Origin: Eledone cirrhosa
Taxonomy: Eukaryota
NCBI GenBank assembly: GCA_964016885.1
Contig: OZ024755.1
Coordinates: forward strand, 36,332,001 to 36,396,000
Length of the DNA: 64,000 nucleotides
Direction: 5' to 3'
Positions 13,513-26,197 of the stretch are shown piece by piece. The notes beneath the pieces were generated by a model. It worked only from the letters and a program-made list of their open reading frames with translations, ran no database searches and was not told where the DNA came from. How positions within the stretch are numbered: position 1 is the first letter of the stretch; each line of letters opens with the position of its first letter. The translations under genes and the position numbers were made by a program.

Positions 13513-13859
13513 TTCCTCTGTGTCTCTTTCTCATTTCCTCTCTCTCACTTTCTATCTTTCTCTGGAAGAAATCTGCTGTACTCGGGTCTGGAGAGGGATG
13601 GGCTCTGCCAGGCTTAGAATGGCCAAGAAACACTGTTTCCTACGACTGTGTCAGAAGTTATGGGACCATACATACTTAACCGGTACTTAATTTCATCAAT
13701 GTCAATAGAATGAAAAGCAAAAATCAATATAGCAGAATTTGAACTCAAAGCATAATGGTTGATAATGAAATACTTCAAGACCTTTCATCAAATGCTCTAC
13801 CAATTCTTCCACTCAACACTCCTCTATCAGTGGTCCCCAACCTTTTTTAAACCATTATA

Positions 13860-14925
13860 AAGTTACAGCAAGTTTGAACAAAAAGAGGTGACATAACTCT
13901 GGCTAGATATGGTTAAAGTGTCCAGAAAATTCTGGCTAGATATGGTTAAAGTGTCCAGATAATTCTGGCTGAACATGGTTAAAGTGTCCAGAGAATTCTG
14001 GCTGGATATGGTTAAAGTGTCCAGAGAATTCTGGCTGGATATGGTTAAAGTGTCCAGAGAATTCTGGCTAGATATGGTTAAAGTGTCCAGAAAATTCTGG
14101 CTAGATATGGTTAAAGTGTCCAGATAATTCTGGCTGAACATGGTTAAAGTGTCCAGATAATTCTGGCTGGATATGGTTAAAGTGTCCAGAGAATTCTGGC
14201 TGGATATGGTTAAAGTGTCCAGAGAATTCTGGCTAGATATGGTTAAAGTGTCCAGAAAATTCTGGCTAGATATGGTTAAAGTGTCCAGATAATTCTGGCT
14301 GAACATGGTTAAAGTGTCCAGAGAATTCTGGCTGGATATGGTTAAAGTGTCCAGAGAATTCTGGCTAGATATGGTTAAAGTGTCCAGAAAATTCTGGCTA
14401 GATATGGTTAAAGTGTCCAGATAATTCTGGCTGAACATGGTTAAAGTGTCCAGAGAATTCTGGCTGGATATGGTTAAAGTGTCCAGATAATTCTGGCTGA
14501 ACATGGTTAAAGTGTCCAGAGAATTCTGGCAGGATATGGTTAAAGTGTCCAGAGAATTCTGGCTGGATATGGTTAAAGTGTCCAGAGAATTCTGGCTGGA
14601 TATGGTTAAAGTGTCCAGAGAATTCTGGCTGGATATGGTTAAAGTGTCCAGATAATTCCGGCTGGATATGGTTAAAGTGTCCAGAGAATTCTGGCTGGAT
14701 ATGGTTAAAGTGTCCAGAGAATTCTGGCTGGATATGGTTAAAGTGTCCAGAGAATTCTGGCTAGATATGGTTAAAGTGTCCAGAGAATTCTGGCTAAATA
14801 TGGTTAAAGTGTCCAGAGAATTCTGGCTAGATATGGTTAAAGTGTCCAGAGAATTCTGGCTGGATATGGTTAAAGTGTCCAGAGAATTCTGGCTAGATAT
14901 GGTTGGTTTAAATGCTAAAGGGTTC
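13860..14925. repeat. 33-bp minisatellite (~30 units) inside a partial MITE-A
   Basis: CTGGCT(A/G)GATATGGTTAAAGTGTCCAGAGAATT with period 33, ending in the MITE terminus TAAATGCTAAAGGGTT. Confidence 0.95.
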
Positions 14926-15243
14926 AAGTGTCCAGATAATCTGTGCAAACCCTGTTTTGATTCTTTACAATACAAGAGAACTCTACTTATTTCATTAACC
15001 AGCCGAGTTCCAGTTATTTTCAAAGACATCATTTAATATTACAAACAATTATTCAAATATGCAAATATTAAAATTTTCAAAGCTACTTAAACCTGTTAAC
15101 ACGAGTAGTAAAAAGAATAAAATGCCTAATGCTGTACTCCAAAACCAAAGCAGGTTTCTTTTTGCCTGGAGACTTGTATGTAAATGTGTGAAAACAATTA
15201 GAAATGAACCATCAGTAGTTAGTTGAAATACATCACTCTAGAG

Positions 15244-15506
15244 CAATGCTTCCTACAGTGACTTTTAAAGAGCCCCAGGGTTCTGTGATAATAATTATGT
15301 TATTTTGCAAAATTAGGTGTTGTTTAATAAAATTTAAGAAAAATTTATTGATTATTTTGTAAGAGTAAATTTTCTCTATAAAACAATTTTTGTTTTGTTT
15401 AATGTCTATTAAAATTAGTGATTATTGGTAAAATATAAGTATGGGTTCTGTGATTTTTGGACAATCATTTAAAGTTTCTGTAACTAAATCAGTTTGGGAA
15501 CCACTA
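15244..15506. mobile_element. hAT/Charlie-like MITE remnant
   Basis: Degenerate TIRs CAATGCTTCC / GGGAACCACTA with 8-bp TSD-like CTCTAGAG / GTCTAAAG. Confidence 0.5.
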
Positions 15507-15647
15507 GTCTAAAGGGACTTACACAAAAGATTGGGATAGATCCTTTTAAGGAAAGATTTGAAGGGTTTAGTAAGGTTAGGGATTAGCTTAGAAGTGTGGT
15601 GTTTCAAGATTATAAGAAACTTTGTCAGAGTCAGTGGATTTGTTGGT

Positions 15648-15877
15648 TTAATCCTTTAGCATTTAACCTAGCCGCATCTGGACAGAATTCTCTCACCACT
15701 TTCAGTTCAACCGGTCATAACTGGCCACTCATACTGATGTTAATGTATTGTCCTCAAAATAAATAACATAAAAATCTCGTAGATTTGATATTATGTGAGA
15801 TAATTTTGTAAGATAAAGCCTTTATCACAAAAATACAATTGTATATATATATATATAGAGTAATGTATCTGTTAAAG
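15648..15877. mobile_element. piggyBac-type MITE (MITE-A)
   Basis: Family ends TTAA-CCCTTTAGCATTTA ... TAAATGCTAAAGGG-TTAA with a shared ~220-bp body; right end degenerate here. Confidence 0.8.
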
Positions 15878-15959
15878 AAGAGTTCTTGTATTTGACATGC
15901 ATGTATATATGATGGTGAAACTAGAAGTGGAGAAGGATAGTTTTGGTGTATCTATATCA

Positions 15960-16320
15960 ACATCATTTAATATCCATCTTCCACGCTAGCATGGGTTAGA
16001 CGGTTTTGTTCCACTTGATGCAGCATTGGTCAGGAGACCGTGTCGCACTCGTACATAACTATCTCTGGCAGGTTTTCTATGGCTGGATGCCCTTCCTAAC
16101 ACCAACCACTTTTACAGTGTGGACTGGGAGCCTTTTTACCATATCTCCTACACGACCACTTTACAGTGTGGACTGGGTGCTTTTTGTTGTGTCACCGACA
16201 CAGTAGACGGAAAAGGGAGGTTGGGGTAGGGTATGTGGGGTGGGGTGTATATTGGGTTAAGAGGTCCCTACTGACTGTAGGTTTGTATGCAAGGGAAGGT
16301 GGGTCTTCTGTACAATTACA
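15960..16320 (-). mobile_element. RTE 3' UTR copy with an unexpanded 49-bp unit
   Basis: Same flanks as 6293-7150 but only about one unit. Confidence 0.85.
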
Positions 16321-16984
16321 TAATACATATATGAGATCTTTGGTGCTATCAATATTGTGGTAAGATATCTATATACTTTCCATTGTTTATATAGTGGTTT
16401 TTAAGGACACATAATAAACATATCACACACATGTTCATGTACTGGTGTCATGTTAGTATGTTGGTGATGATAATTGTTTTTTTTTATTATTCATTCACGC
16501 ATCAGTGTATGTGTGAATTGTCATTGATAAGACTTTAAAATAAACTTCATTATCAACGAAACTGACATATAAAATTAAGAAATGTGCTAAATGGCAGCTC
16601 TGAATCCCAACAGAATCAGATCGGAAGCAAAAACTGTTTATTTCACCAAGTAGCTTGTCTTTAAAGTCAATACTAACAAAGTCCTGGCAGTTCAAATGAA
16701 AAACAAGGAGAGGCGACACAACTACTAAATTGAAGATAATTTAATAGTGAATGCAAAATCAGCTTTTCGTAAATAGTAATAAGATTTAAGATATTTTCAA
16801 ATTGACAGCATAATATCATTAGTCGAAAATAGTATTGAAATAATCAACATTAGTAGCAAAGTTGGAGAAATACAAACAAAAACTGAAAGTTAAAGGAAAC
16901 CTCTTGAAAGTAGAATTTACCAATAGTAAACAAACCATTTAGAATTGAAGTTTCTTGTCATTTTTCTACAAAGTTATGGCAATT

Positions 16985-17400
16985 AAAACAAATTTATATA
17001 AAAGACTAGTGTACTTGTTATACTCTCCCCAGGAAATGTTGCCTCTCCATAGTAAACAATCACTGATACAGAAAAAGATAGAAAATAGATTGAGAAGAAA
17101 GAATAGAATGGAAAATAATAAGAATTTTTTTTGTTTTTTAAACTGAAAAGAGAAAAGAAAAGCAAGGGCTCAAGTGTCACAGAAAGGGGGGGTGGAGAGG
17201 GGTATGGGGAGATGGGGGGAGAAGAGAGGGGGTAGGGGGGAGATTTGGTGGAGATGGATATGGGGAGATGGGGTGTGAGAGGAGAGGGGGGGGAAGCTCT
17301 ATGCCTAGGACGGTGCAGTAATGGGGCTGCACCCCACGGACAATGGCCAGCAACACAGACTGAACAGCCCACACCCCCTCGCAGGACTCCTTCAGAAAGA
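16985..17400 (-). mobile_element. Unclassified LINE-like 3' end (related copy 20661-20995, +)
   Basis: Shared TTGTCCGTGGG..GC..CCCC...CCTAGGC, a poly-C tract and a pyrimidine-rich tail. Confidence 0.45.
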
Positions 17401-17402
17401 TA

Positions 17403-18680
17403 TCATCATCATCATCGTTTAACGTCCATCTTCCACACTAGCATGGGTTAGATGGTTTTGTTCCAGCTGATGCGGAATTGGTCGGAATTGTCTTCCTCAT
17501 ACGGAAGTGTCTCTGGCAGGTTTTCTACGACTGGATGCTCTTCCTAACACCATTACAGTGTGGACTGGGAGCCTTTTTACCGTGTTTCCTACACAACCAC
17601 ATTACAGTGTGGACTGGGAGCCTTTTTACCGTGTTCCTACACAACCACATTACAGTGTGGACTGGGAGCCTTTTTACCGTGTTCCTACACAACCACATTA
17701 CAGTGTGGACTGGGAGCCTTTTTACCGTGTTACCTACACAACCACATTACAGTGTGGACTGGGAGCCTTTTTACCGTGTCTCCTACACAACCACATTACA
17801 GTGTGGACTGGGAGCCTTTTTACCGTGTTACCTACACAACCACATTACAGTGTGGACTGGGAGCCTTTTTACCGTGTTACCTACACAACCACATTACAGT
17901 GTGGACTGGGAGCCTTTTTACCGTGTCTCCTACACAACCACATTACAGTGTGGACTGGGAGCCTTTTTACCGTGTTACCTACACAACCACATTACAGTGT
18001 GGACTGGGAGCCTTTTTACTGTGTCTCCTACACAACCACATTACAGTGTGGACTGGGAGCCTTTTTACCGTGTCTCCTACACAACCACATTACAGTGTGG
18101 ACTGGGAGCCTTTTTACCGTGTCTCCTACACAACCACATTACAGTGTGGACTGGGAGCCTTTTTACCATGTCTCCTACACAACCACATTACAGTGTGGAC
18201 TGGGAGCCTTTTTACCGTGTTACCTACACAACCACATTACAGTGTGGACTGGGAGCCTTTTTACCGTGTTACCTACACAACCACATTACAGTGTGGACTG
18301 GGAGCCTTTTTACCGTGTTACCTACACAACCACATTACAGTGTGGACTGGGAGCCTTTTTACCGTGTTACCTACACAACCACATTACAGTGTGGACTGGG
18401 AGCCTTTTTACCGTGTTACCTACACAACCACATTACAGCGTGGACTGGGAGCCTTTTTACCGTGTTACCTACACCACTTTACAGTGTGAATTGTGTGGGG
18501 TTTTTTGTCGTGACACCTACACGACCTCTTTAGTTTGGACTGGATGTTGTGATACCAACATAACTTTACAGAGAAAGGGTGGTGTTGGTGGGAGTGGGAG
18601 GATGAAGTAGGGGTGTATATTTGGTTAAGAGGTGCCTACTGACTGTAGGTTTCACTTTGCACGTAGGGAAGGTGGGTCTA
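17403..18680 (-). mobile_element. RTE 3' UTR copy containing ~19 units of the 49-bp minisatellite (17555-18490)
   Basis: (CAT)n tail and matching flanks; unit variant ...CCGTGTTACCTACACAACCACATT. Confidence 0.9.
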
Positions 18681-18907
18681 TATTCAGTATTATGAATTAT
18701 GAATGGTGTAGTATCAAGTCTCAACATCCAGCCTTAAACATTCATTAACTACCCCTCATTTCTACATTGACTTTTCCATGCAGTCGTACAAACCTAGTCA
18801 GTAGGCACCTCCTAACCCAATATACACCTCACCCCACACACCCTACCCCATCCTCCCATTTCCATCCACTGTGTTGGTGACACAACAAAAAGCACCCAGT
18901 CCACACC

Positions 18908-19235
18908 AGTACATTACTGGTGCTTAATTTTATCAACCCCCGTAAGGATGAAAGGCAAAGTTAACCTCAGTGGGATTTGAACTCAGACCATAAAGAGCCG
19001 TAACTCTATGCTGCAAAGCATGGCGTCCAAATCCCTACCAATATTGCCAATCCACCGCCCTCACCCAACTTAATAATTGTTTCTACTGTTGGCACAAGGC
19101 CAGCAATTACCCAGTGTATTACTGGTACTTTATTTTATCGACCCCGTAAGGATGAAAGGCAAAGTTAACCTCGGCGGGATTTGAACTCAGACCGTAAAGG
19201 GACGTAACTCTGTGCTTCAAAGCATGGTGTCCGAG
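18908..19235 (-). mobile_element. Two adjacent SINE-A copies
   Basis: Core/B-box motifs occur twice. Confidence 0.85.
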
Positions 19236-19474
19236 AGTTAGTTATATTACTAAATCCTTCTAATTTCATGATTATTTTCAGAGTAATTTGTAATTCATAA
19301 AGTGTCTGTCATTAGAAATATGATAACGAATGGATTGATAATTTATTTCTTCTTTTCATGTTTGTAATTTGTATTGATGTTATGAAAAGTTAGCTCTGGA
19401 ATGACAGTAGAATAACACTCACTCAAGTAATTACCAAAATCTAACAACTTCAATCAATCTGATCCACAAATACA

Positions 19475-19895
19475 TTAACCCTTTACCATTTAAACCAGCC
19501 ATATCTAGCCAGAAGTCTCTCACCACTTTCTGGTCATAACTGGCTGTTCATACTTATGTTAAGGTATTGTTCTCAAAATAAATAATATCAAAATCTCGTA
19601 GATTCGATATTATGAGATAATTATGTAAGATGAAGCCTTTACCATAAAAATATAATTGTTTCTACTTTTGGCACAAGGCCAGCAATTACCCAGTACATTA
19701 CTGGTACTTTATTTTATCGACCCCGTAAGGATGAAAGGCAAAGTTAACCTCGACGGGATTTGAACTCAAACCGTAAAGGGACGTAACTATGCTAGAAAGC
19801 ATGGCGTCCAACCCTCTACTGATACTGCCAATTCACCGCCCTCACCATAAAAATATAATAGTATATATAGAGTAATGTAAATGCTAAAGGGTTAA
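19475..19895. mobile_element. MITE-A interrupted by SINE-A (19657-19843, -)
   Basis: Both TTAA-flanked TIRs present; SINE TSD ACCATAAAAATATAAT at 19641-19656 and 19844-19859. Confidence 0.92.
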
Positions 19896-20275
19896 AGCTC
19901 TGACAACTGACTTGGTAGACACCCAGAAAATTATTAACCATCTTTCCAACATCAACTCTGGGTGCCTTTTTGAATTCCTGTGGACATGCTTACACAATCA
20001 GAAAACAGCACAGCTCCCATGACTTTCGTAAACATATTTTCACGCTCAGAGTTGCTGAAGCATGGATCAAACTACCTGCATCAGTCGAGACACTGCATCC
20101 TTCAAAATTCGCCAACACTACACCTGATATTCCACCTCCATACACATGCACACATGTATATCGTAACTCATACACTGTTCACTTTGCTGACATTTGTACA
20201 TTATTCTATGTATTATACATACACCTTTGATGAGTTGTATTGCACCTGAGCACAGTACACAATAATTTTCATTAT
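19896..20275 (+). mobile_element. CR1-group LINE 3' end
   Basis: GHAYTIRKQHSSHDFRKHIFTLRVAEAWIKLPASV resembles the CR1 ORF2 C-terminus (GH..K...R..FF..RV...WN.LP). Confidence 0.75.
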
Positions 20276-20290
20276 CATTATTAAATGGAA

Positions 20291-20474
20291 GGTGGATTGG
20301 CAGTATTGGTAGAGGGTCGGACACCATGCTTTGCAACATAGAGTTACGGCCCTTTATGATCTGAGTTTAAATCCCGCCGAGGCTAACTTTGCCTTTCATC
20401 CTTACAGGGTAGATAAAATAAAGTACCAGTAATACACTGGGGTAATTGTGGACTTTGTGCCAAAAGTAGAAACA
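20291..20474 (+). mobile_element. SINE-A with 14-bp TSD
   Basis: TSD ATTATTAAATGGAA at 20277-20290 and 20475-20488. Confidence 0.9.
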
Positions 20475-21083
20475 ATTATTAAATGGAACGGTATTTCATC
20501 TTTACTTGAAATAAATGTGTTGCCCCAATCAAACATTTTAAGAGATGATTTTTTAAGGCCCTTTTCTTACCACATTTCTAATAAAATACACTGTATTTGA
20601 ATTAACTAATGGAGAATTTTGAGGGATTTACTAAAAGCATTAATCATTGCATTAAGATGGTATTCTGTAATATAACTTAATACCGGTCACTGTCGAGACC
20701 TAAGGCATACTTGAACCCTGTACAGTCGAGCCCCTCCGCAAGATAGGAACATCAGTCTTGTCCGTGGGACGCCGCCCCTCTACCGCTGGGCCCTAGGCCC
20801 AGAACCCAATCAACCTCCCCCCCCCCCCCCCCCCCCCCACTCTTCTGCAACACTAGAGTTCTTGCTATTCCCTCCCTTTCCCATCTTTATTCTTTCTTTT
20901 TCTCTTTTTTCTCTATATTTTCCTATTTTACATTCCATTCTTCTTAATCTAAATTTTCTTTTTTGTTTCTTTTTCTATTAAACTGTATTTTCATGATATA
21001 TTCCAGAAATAAACTCATCATTTAATGCAAAAGAAAAAAAATTGTTACTTAAGATTATGTTGGATGATTTTAATTTAAATAAG

Positions 21084-21305
21084 AACCCTTTACCATTTAC
21101 ATTACTCTATATTTACTATTGTATTTTCACAGTAAAGACTTTATCTTGCATAATTATCGCATATAATATCGAATCTGTGATTTTGATATTTATTTTGAGA
21201 ACAAAACCTTAATATCAGTATGAGTGGCTGGTTACATCAAGTTTGAATAGAACAAGGTGAGGGAGTTTGGGTCGAATATGGCCGGTTTAAATGCTAAAGG
21301 GTTAA
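21084..21305. mobile_element. MITE-A, followed by the end of a second TTAA MITE family (MITE-B, to 21368)
   Basis: TIRs; MITE-B end GGTATCAAAGGGTTAA. Confidence 0.8.
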
Positions 21306-21659
21306 ATTGGGTGATTCTGTTTCATAGAATCAGGGGTGATTTAGGGCAAGTTGGTATCAAAGGGTTAAGGAAACTGAAAATACTATGAAAATGATAGGGG
21401 CCCCCATCCTAGTATATTTTCATTTACCTCACATAATATCAAATCAACGAGATTTTGATGATATTATTTATTTTCAAAACAGTCCCTTGGAGTTGGTCTG
21501 GGCAGCCAGTTTAAATGCTGAAGGGCTAAACTTTATCCTAAACCATTTTTCAAAAAAGCAACAAGGTTTAACACACAACAAACCACACATTCTACACATG
21601 CACAGATACTACACTTAACATATATACACACATACTACACTACACTCAACATACATTGC

Positions 21660-21925
21660 ACACAACAAACATCAGACACAAACACACATATACTGCACAC
21701 AGCAAACACCACACACACACACATTACACACACTGTACACAACAAACACCACACACACACAAACACACATATACTGCACACAGGAAACACCACACATTAC
21801 ACAGCAAACACCACACACACAACAAACACCACACACACACAGCAAACACCACACACACACAGCAAACACCACACACACACAGCAAACACCACACACACAC
21901 ACACACAACAAACACCACACACACA
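21660..21925. repeat. (CA)n-derived ACAGCAAACACCACACACAC repeat
   Basis: Read directly. Confidence 0.85.
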
Positions 21926-22183
21926 CTTCTACCAGTACCAATTAGTCCGGCCCAGGAGATTTGTCCCCTTTCAAGATTTACAATGTTGTGTAGTAATGAT
22001 TCATGTTAGTAATTGACTAAGACCCAATTTTTGAAAATCAAATCTCAGTCAGAAGATGTAAAGATACGACTATATTATTGATCTGGTTCAGATAAGAGAT
22101 TGAAAATAATTAAAATGGAAATTTAAGATGTTAAACAATGTTTTTATCAAAACTATACATTATCAGAACATAAATTCAATGTA

Positions 22184-23031
22184 CAGGGTGGACCAGAATT
22201 CATGACTCGCTTCATCATCATCATCATCATCATTTTACGTCTGCTTTTCCATGCTCGCAAGGGTGGGACGGGTCCTATTCAGCACAGCATCTCTCCATTC
22301 ATCACAGTCCTTCGCCATCTCCTCTGTGAGTTTCAGCGATCTGAGATCAGCTCTCACCACCTCCACCCATGTTTTCATGGTCTTCCTCTACTGCGTCTTC
22401 CTTATACTGGGATTTCTTGGCACTTCTTTACCTGGCGGTCATCTTCCATGTGCATCACATGTCCATACCATCTCAGTCTTCTCTCCTGCACACCACAACT
22501 TATCCCTCTTATACACAGTTTCTCACTCAACACATCCATGCTTGGTTGTTCACGCACATTCACATTGCACATCCAACGGAGCATGCTTCCTTCATTTCTC
22601 TCCAGCCATCACATATCCTCCACAGTTGCTGCCCATGTCTCACTACCATTCAGCATCGTACATCTCACACAGGCATCATATAACCGGCCTTTCATACACA
22701 GGGGGAAACTCTTCTTTGTCAACAGAGGAAGCAGCTCACTAAACTTCTTCCAACCTGTCCTTAACTAGATACTATGGCCTCAGAACACCCTCCTCCTTTG
22801 CTAATCTGGCAGCTATCAACCATCTCTATAAATCCTATCTGCATTTGTTAGTTATGTTTCTTAACATGCTTATTTTATTGTTATTGTAGTTTTAATTTAT
22901 TATTTTATTTCTTAATATACTTATGTATCTTTAATATGTATATGGTGTTATATTCCTTAACTTGTTTTATAACATTTTGTGTTAATAGATCTATAAATAA
23001 TCAAGTGAGTCATGAATTCTGGCCCACCCTG
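22184..23031. mobile_element. Tc1/mariner MITE with 29-bp TIRs and TA TSD, interrupted by an RTE fragment
   Basis: TA-CAGGGTGGACCAGAATTCATGACTCGCTT ... AAGTGAGTCATGAATTCTGGCCCACCCTG-TA. Confidence 0.85.
22213..22825 (-). mobile_element. RTE-type LINE 3' fragment with (GAT)n tail
   Basis: MLRWMCNV, RRLRWYGHVMHMEDDR..KKCQEI motifs. Confidence 0.9.
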
Positions 23032-23249
23032 TATTGTTGCTCAAAATATAAGCAGCAGAGAAATGATGATTATACAACAAGCCAACCGAGGAGTCTCTGC
23101 ACAGATGAAGCTGATCTCACTAGAAATAACGACTAAGAGACTGATCTTCAAATCAGACCAAGGAAAAAAACAGTTTCCATTAGTGTTTTCATTGCTGACA
23201 CTTTTTGCTGTATGCAAATCCTACCAGGGCCTTACTCTTGTTCTATGCA

Positions 23250-23475
23250 GTGGCTGCAGGCTGGAAGAAGCCCCAAGGCAGGTCCCACACCAGATGGCTG
23301 GATATCATCAGGGAAGATCTCCAGAGGCTCAACATCACCTTGGAGGATGCAAAGAAGCTGGCACAGGACTGCCAGCAATAGAGGATGCTGGTGGACCTGG
23401 TCGGCTCTATGCATGACAATGCTTTAGGATCACTGGCTTAGGATGACCCTGGTCTCGTTGAGCAAGAAGAAGAAA
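23250..23475 (+). mobile_element. RTE 3' end with (AAG)n tail
   Basis: GWKKPQGRSHTRWLDIIREDLQRLNITLEDAKKLAQD. Confidence 0.75.
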
Positions 23476-23680
23476 TACTGACAGGAAGAAGAACATGAAA
23501 TAAAACATGATGTTCAAGAACACACGATGTTGTCCAGCTCAAGAATTGAACCCATAACCTTATGATCTTGGGGCCAACTGCTTTCACAATATCAACAAAA
23601 ACTACTCTTAAATTACACCCACCAAATTTTTTAAAGAATGTAGTCTTAACATTTTAACCAGTCATTTTAATCTTTAATGT

Positions 23681-23909
23681 TTAACCCTCTACCATTTACA
23701 TTACTCTATATTTACTATTGTATTTTCACAGTAAATATTTTATTTCACATAATTATCTCACGTAATATCGAATCTACGAGATTTTGCTATTATTTATTTT
23801 GAGAACAATACCTTAACATCAATATGAGCAGCCAGTTACGGCCAGTTTGAAGAGAAAGAGGTGAGAGAATTCTGGCTGGATATGACTGGTTTAAATGCTA
23901 AAGTGTTAA
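23681..23909. mobile_element. MITE-A
   Basis: TTAA-flanked TIRs and family body. Confidence 0.88.
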
Positions 23910-24099
23910 TATCCTGTACCACATGAAACATTAGCAAAACATTCTTGAAAAATATGAAATGACTATGACTACATCACATTAGAAATTAATGGTTTTAGTT
24001 TAGTACAAGTTTCACTAAGATATGCATTAGTAAAGATACTATGAAATATACATCTATTAGTAAAGATATTTGTGTATATTTAGAATAAGAATATCTCCC

Positions 24100-24350
24100 T
24101 TAACCCTTTACATTACTCTTTATTTACGATTGTATTTTTGTGGTAAAGGAATTATCTCACATAATATCGAATCTATGAGATTTTGATATTATTTATTTTG
24201 AGAACAATACCTTAATATAAGTAAAAGTGGCTGGTTAGAGCCAGTTTGAACAGAAAGAGGTGAGAGAATTCTGGCCGGTTACAGCCAGTTTGAACAGAAA
24301 AAGGTGAGAGAATGGTGGCCGGATACAGCCAGTTAAATGCTAAAAGATTG
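24100..24350. mobile_element. MITE-A with a duplicated 44-bp subterminal segment
   Basis: Family body. Confidence 0.82.
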
Positions 24351-25071
24351 GAGATAGTTAAGAGCAGATTTGTGCATATTTAGAATGATAAATATCTGCT
24401 TTAATGAATCAGATATGAAAATGAAAATGCCATATGGCTACCATTGAAATACAGAAGGTGACATACAGATATTTCTGTGTCTAAGACAGGAAATTTGTGG
24501 AATATATTATCTTGTTTTATCTATACAATATACACTGTGATGTATTTTAACACATATTAAAGACATTACAAGATATATTTTTAGTCATAAAGAAAAGCAA
24601 ATATTTGATGAGCAACTCAAAAAGTTACTCCATTATAGTGTAGCAAGAACATTACCAAATGCCACTATTCAGTAAACAAAAACTATGATGCCATAGAAAT
24701 GCATAAATAAATAAGAACAAGAAATCTGTCTTCTGTCAACATGAGAGAATTTTAAAATAAATAATTCAATAAATGGAAGAAAATAGATAGATATATCACA
24801 TAAAAACATTTTCCAGAGAAAAATTATATTGTATATCAAAAGTTGGCTGCTATATATAATATAATTGCCATCCACATAACTTTGTTTCTCTCTCTCTAAA
24901 TATATTGAGTGAGTGAATGAATAGTCTACTCAATCACCATGTTATACCGTCTTGCCTAACATAACTTTGATGAAAGGCATCAATTTCCTAGCCCCATAAA
25001 TGCTGCTACTATTGTCACACATTCAACACTCATGTATGTTCAACACACACACTCCAATAATGGAGTCTCTA

Positions 25072-25233
25072 TCTATATATCTATCTAGGGCGGGTAAAAT
25101 TCACGAGATCCATGGACAAGTTCTCTCCAGCGGTCTGCGTCCCTCATCATCGCTGCCATGTCCTGCACCTCCAACAGACCAGTGTCTGTCCTTAGGGCAT
25201 CGACATATGTCAACCGTGGTCTCCCTCTTCTAG
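25072..25233 (-). mobile_element. RTE 3' end with (ATAG)n tail (other copies 39405-39490 +, 57760-57925 -)
   Basis: Family translates as [36 protein letters not shown]. Confidence 0.8.
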
Positions 25234-25418
25234 AGTGGCAGTATCGGTAGAGGGTCAGACACCATGCTTTCCAGCATAGTTACGTCCCTTTACGATCTGA
25301 GTTCAAATCCCGCCGAGGTTGACTTTGCCTTTCATCCTTACGGGGTCGATAAAATAAAGTACCAGTAATACACTGGGTAATTGCTGGCCTTGTGCCAAAA
25401 GTAGAAACAATTATTATT
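25234..25418 (+). mobile_element. SINE-A
   Basis: Head/core/tail. Confidence 0.88.
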
Positions 25419-25787
25419 TCCATTATTATTTTTATTGTGCATCATTACTGCTTTACCGAGCACAGCTCTGTGCACCTTGGCTATGTGCAGTATAGTTATT
25501 GCTGATGTTGTTTCTATTGTATTGATAGTACTTTTTGTAATATGTGTGCAGTGCCTAGTAGTGCTATCTTTTGTATGCAGTATATATTTGTAAGTCCTGG
25601 GGTAGTCTATATAATATATATACAGTACCTAGTAGTGCTATCTTTTGTATGCAGTATATATTTGTAAGTCCTGGGGTACTCTATATAATATATATACAGT
25701 ACCTAGTAGTGCTATCTTTTGTATGTTGTATATATTTGTAAGTCCTGGGGTTTTGGTTATGTATTTGTCTGTGTTTTTTATCATTAA

Positions 25788-26197
25788 GGGCGATAGATTG
25801 GCAATATCGTTAGAGTGTCGGACATTATGCTTTGTGGCATATAGTTACAGCCCTTTACATTCTGAGTTCAAATCCCGCCAAGTTTAGCTTTGCCTTTCAT
25901 CCTTATGGAGGTCGATAAAATAAAGCACCAGTAATGCACTGGGGTCGATTTCATCGACTTCTTCCCCCTGCCCCTTTGTGCCTATACTATAAACCATTAT
26001 TACAATTATTTGATTGGCAGTATCGGAAGAGGGTCAGACACCATGCTTTCCAGCATAGTTACGTCCCTTTACGATCTGAGTTCAAATCCCGCCGAGGTTG
26101 ACTTTGCCTTTCATCCTTACGGGGTCGATAAAATAAAGTACCAGTAATGCACTGGGTAATTGCTGGCCTTGTGCCTAAAGTAGAAACAATTATTATA
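25788..26197 (+). mobile_element. Two tandem SINE-A copies
   Basis: Second copy flanked by an AATTATTTGATT duplication. Confidence 0.87.

Noticed and set aside
13863-15032. 389-aa ORF with an 11-aa repeat (LDTLTISSQNS), superficially LRR/solenoid-like
   Set aside because: A 33-bp unit derived from MITE and flank sequence; a period divisible by 3 keeps the frame open
16490-16800. Unique-looking segment, possible host exon or promoter
   Set aside because: No recognisable protein motif or convincing splice-site pair
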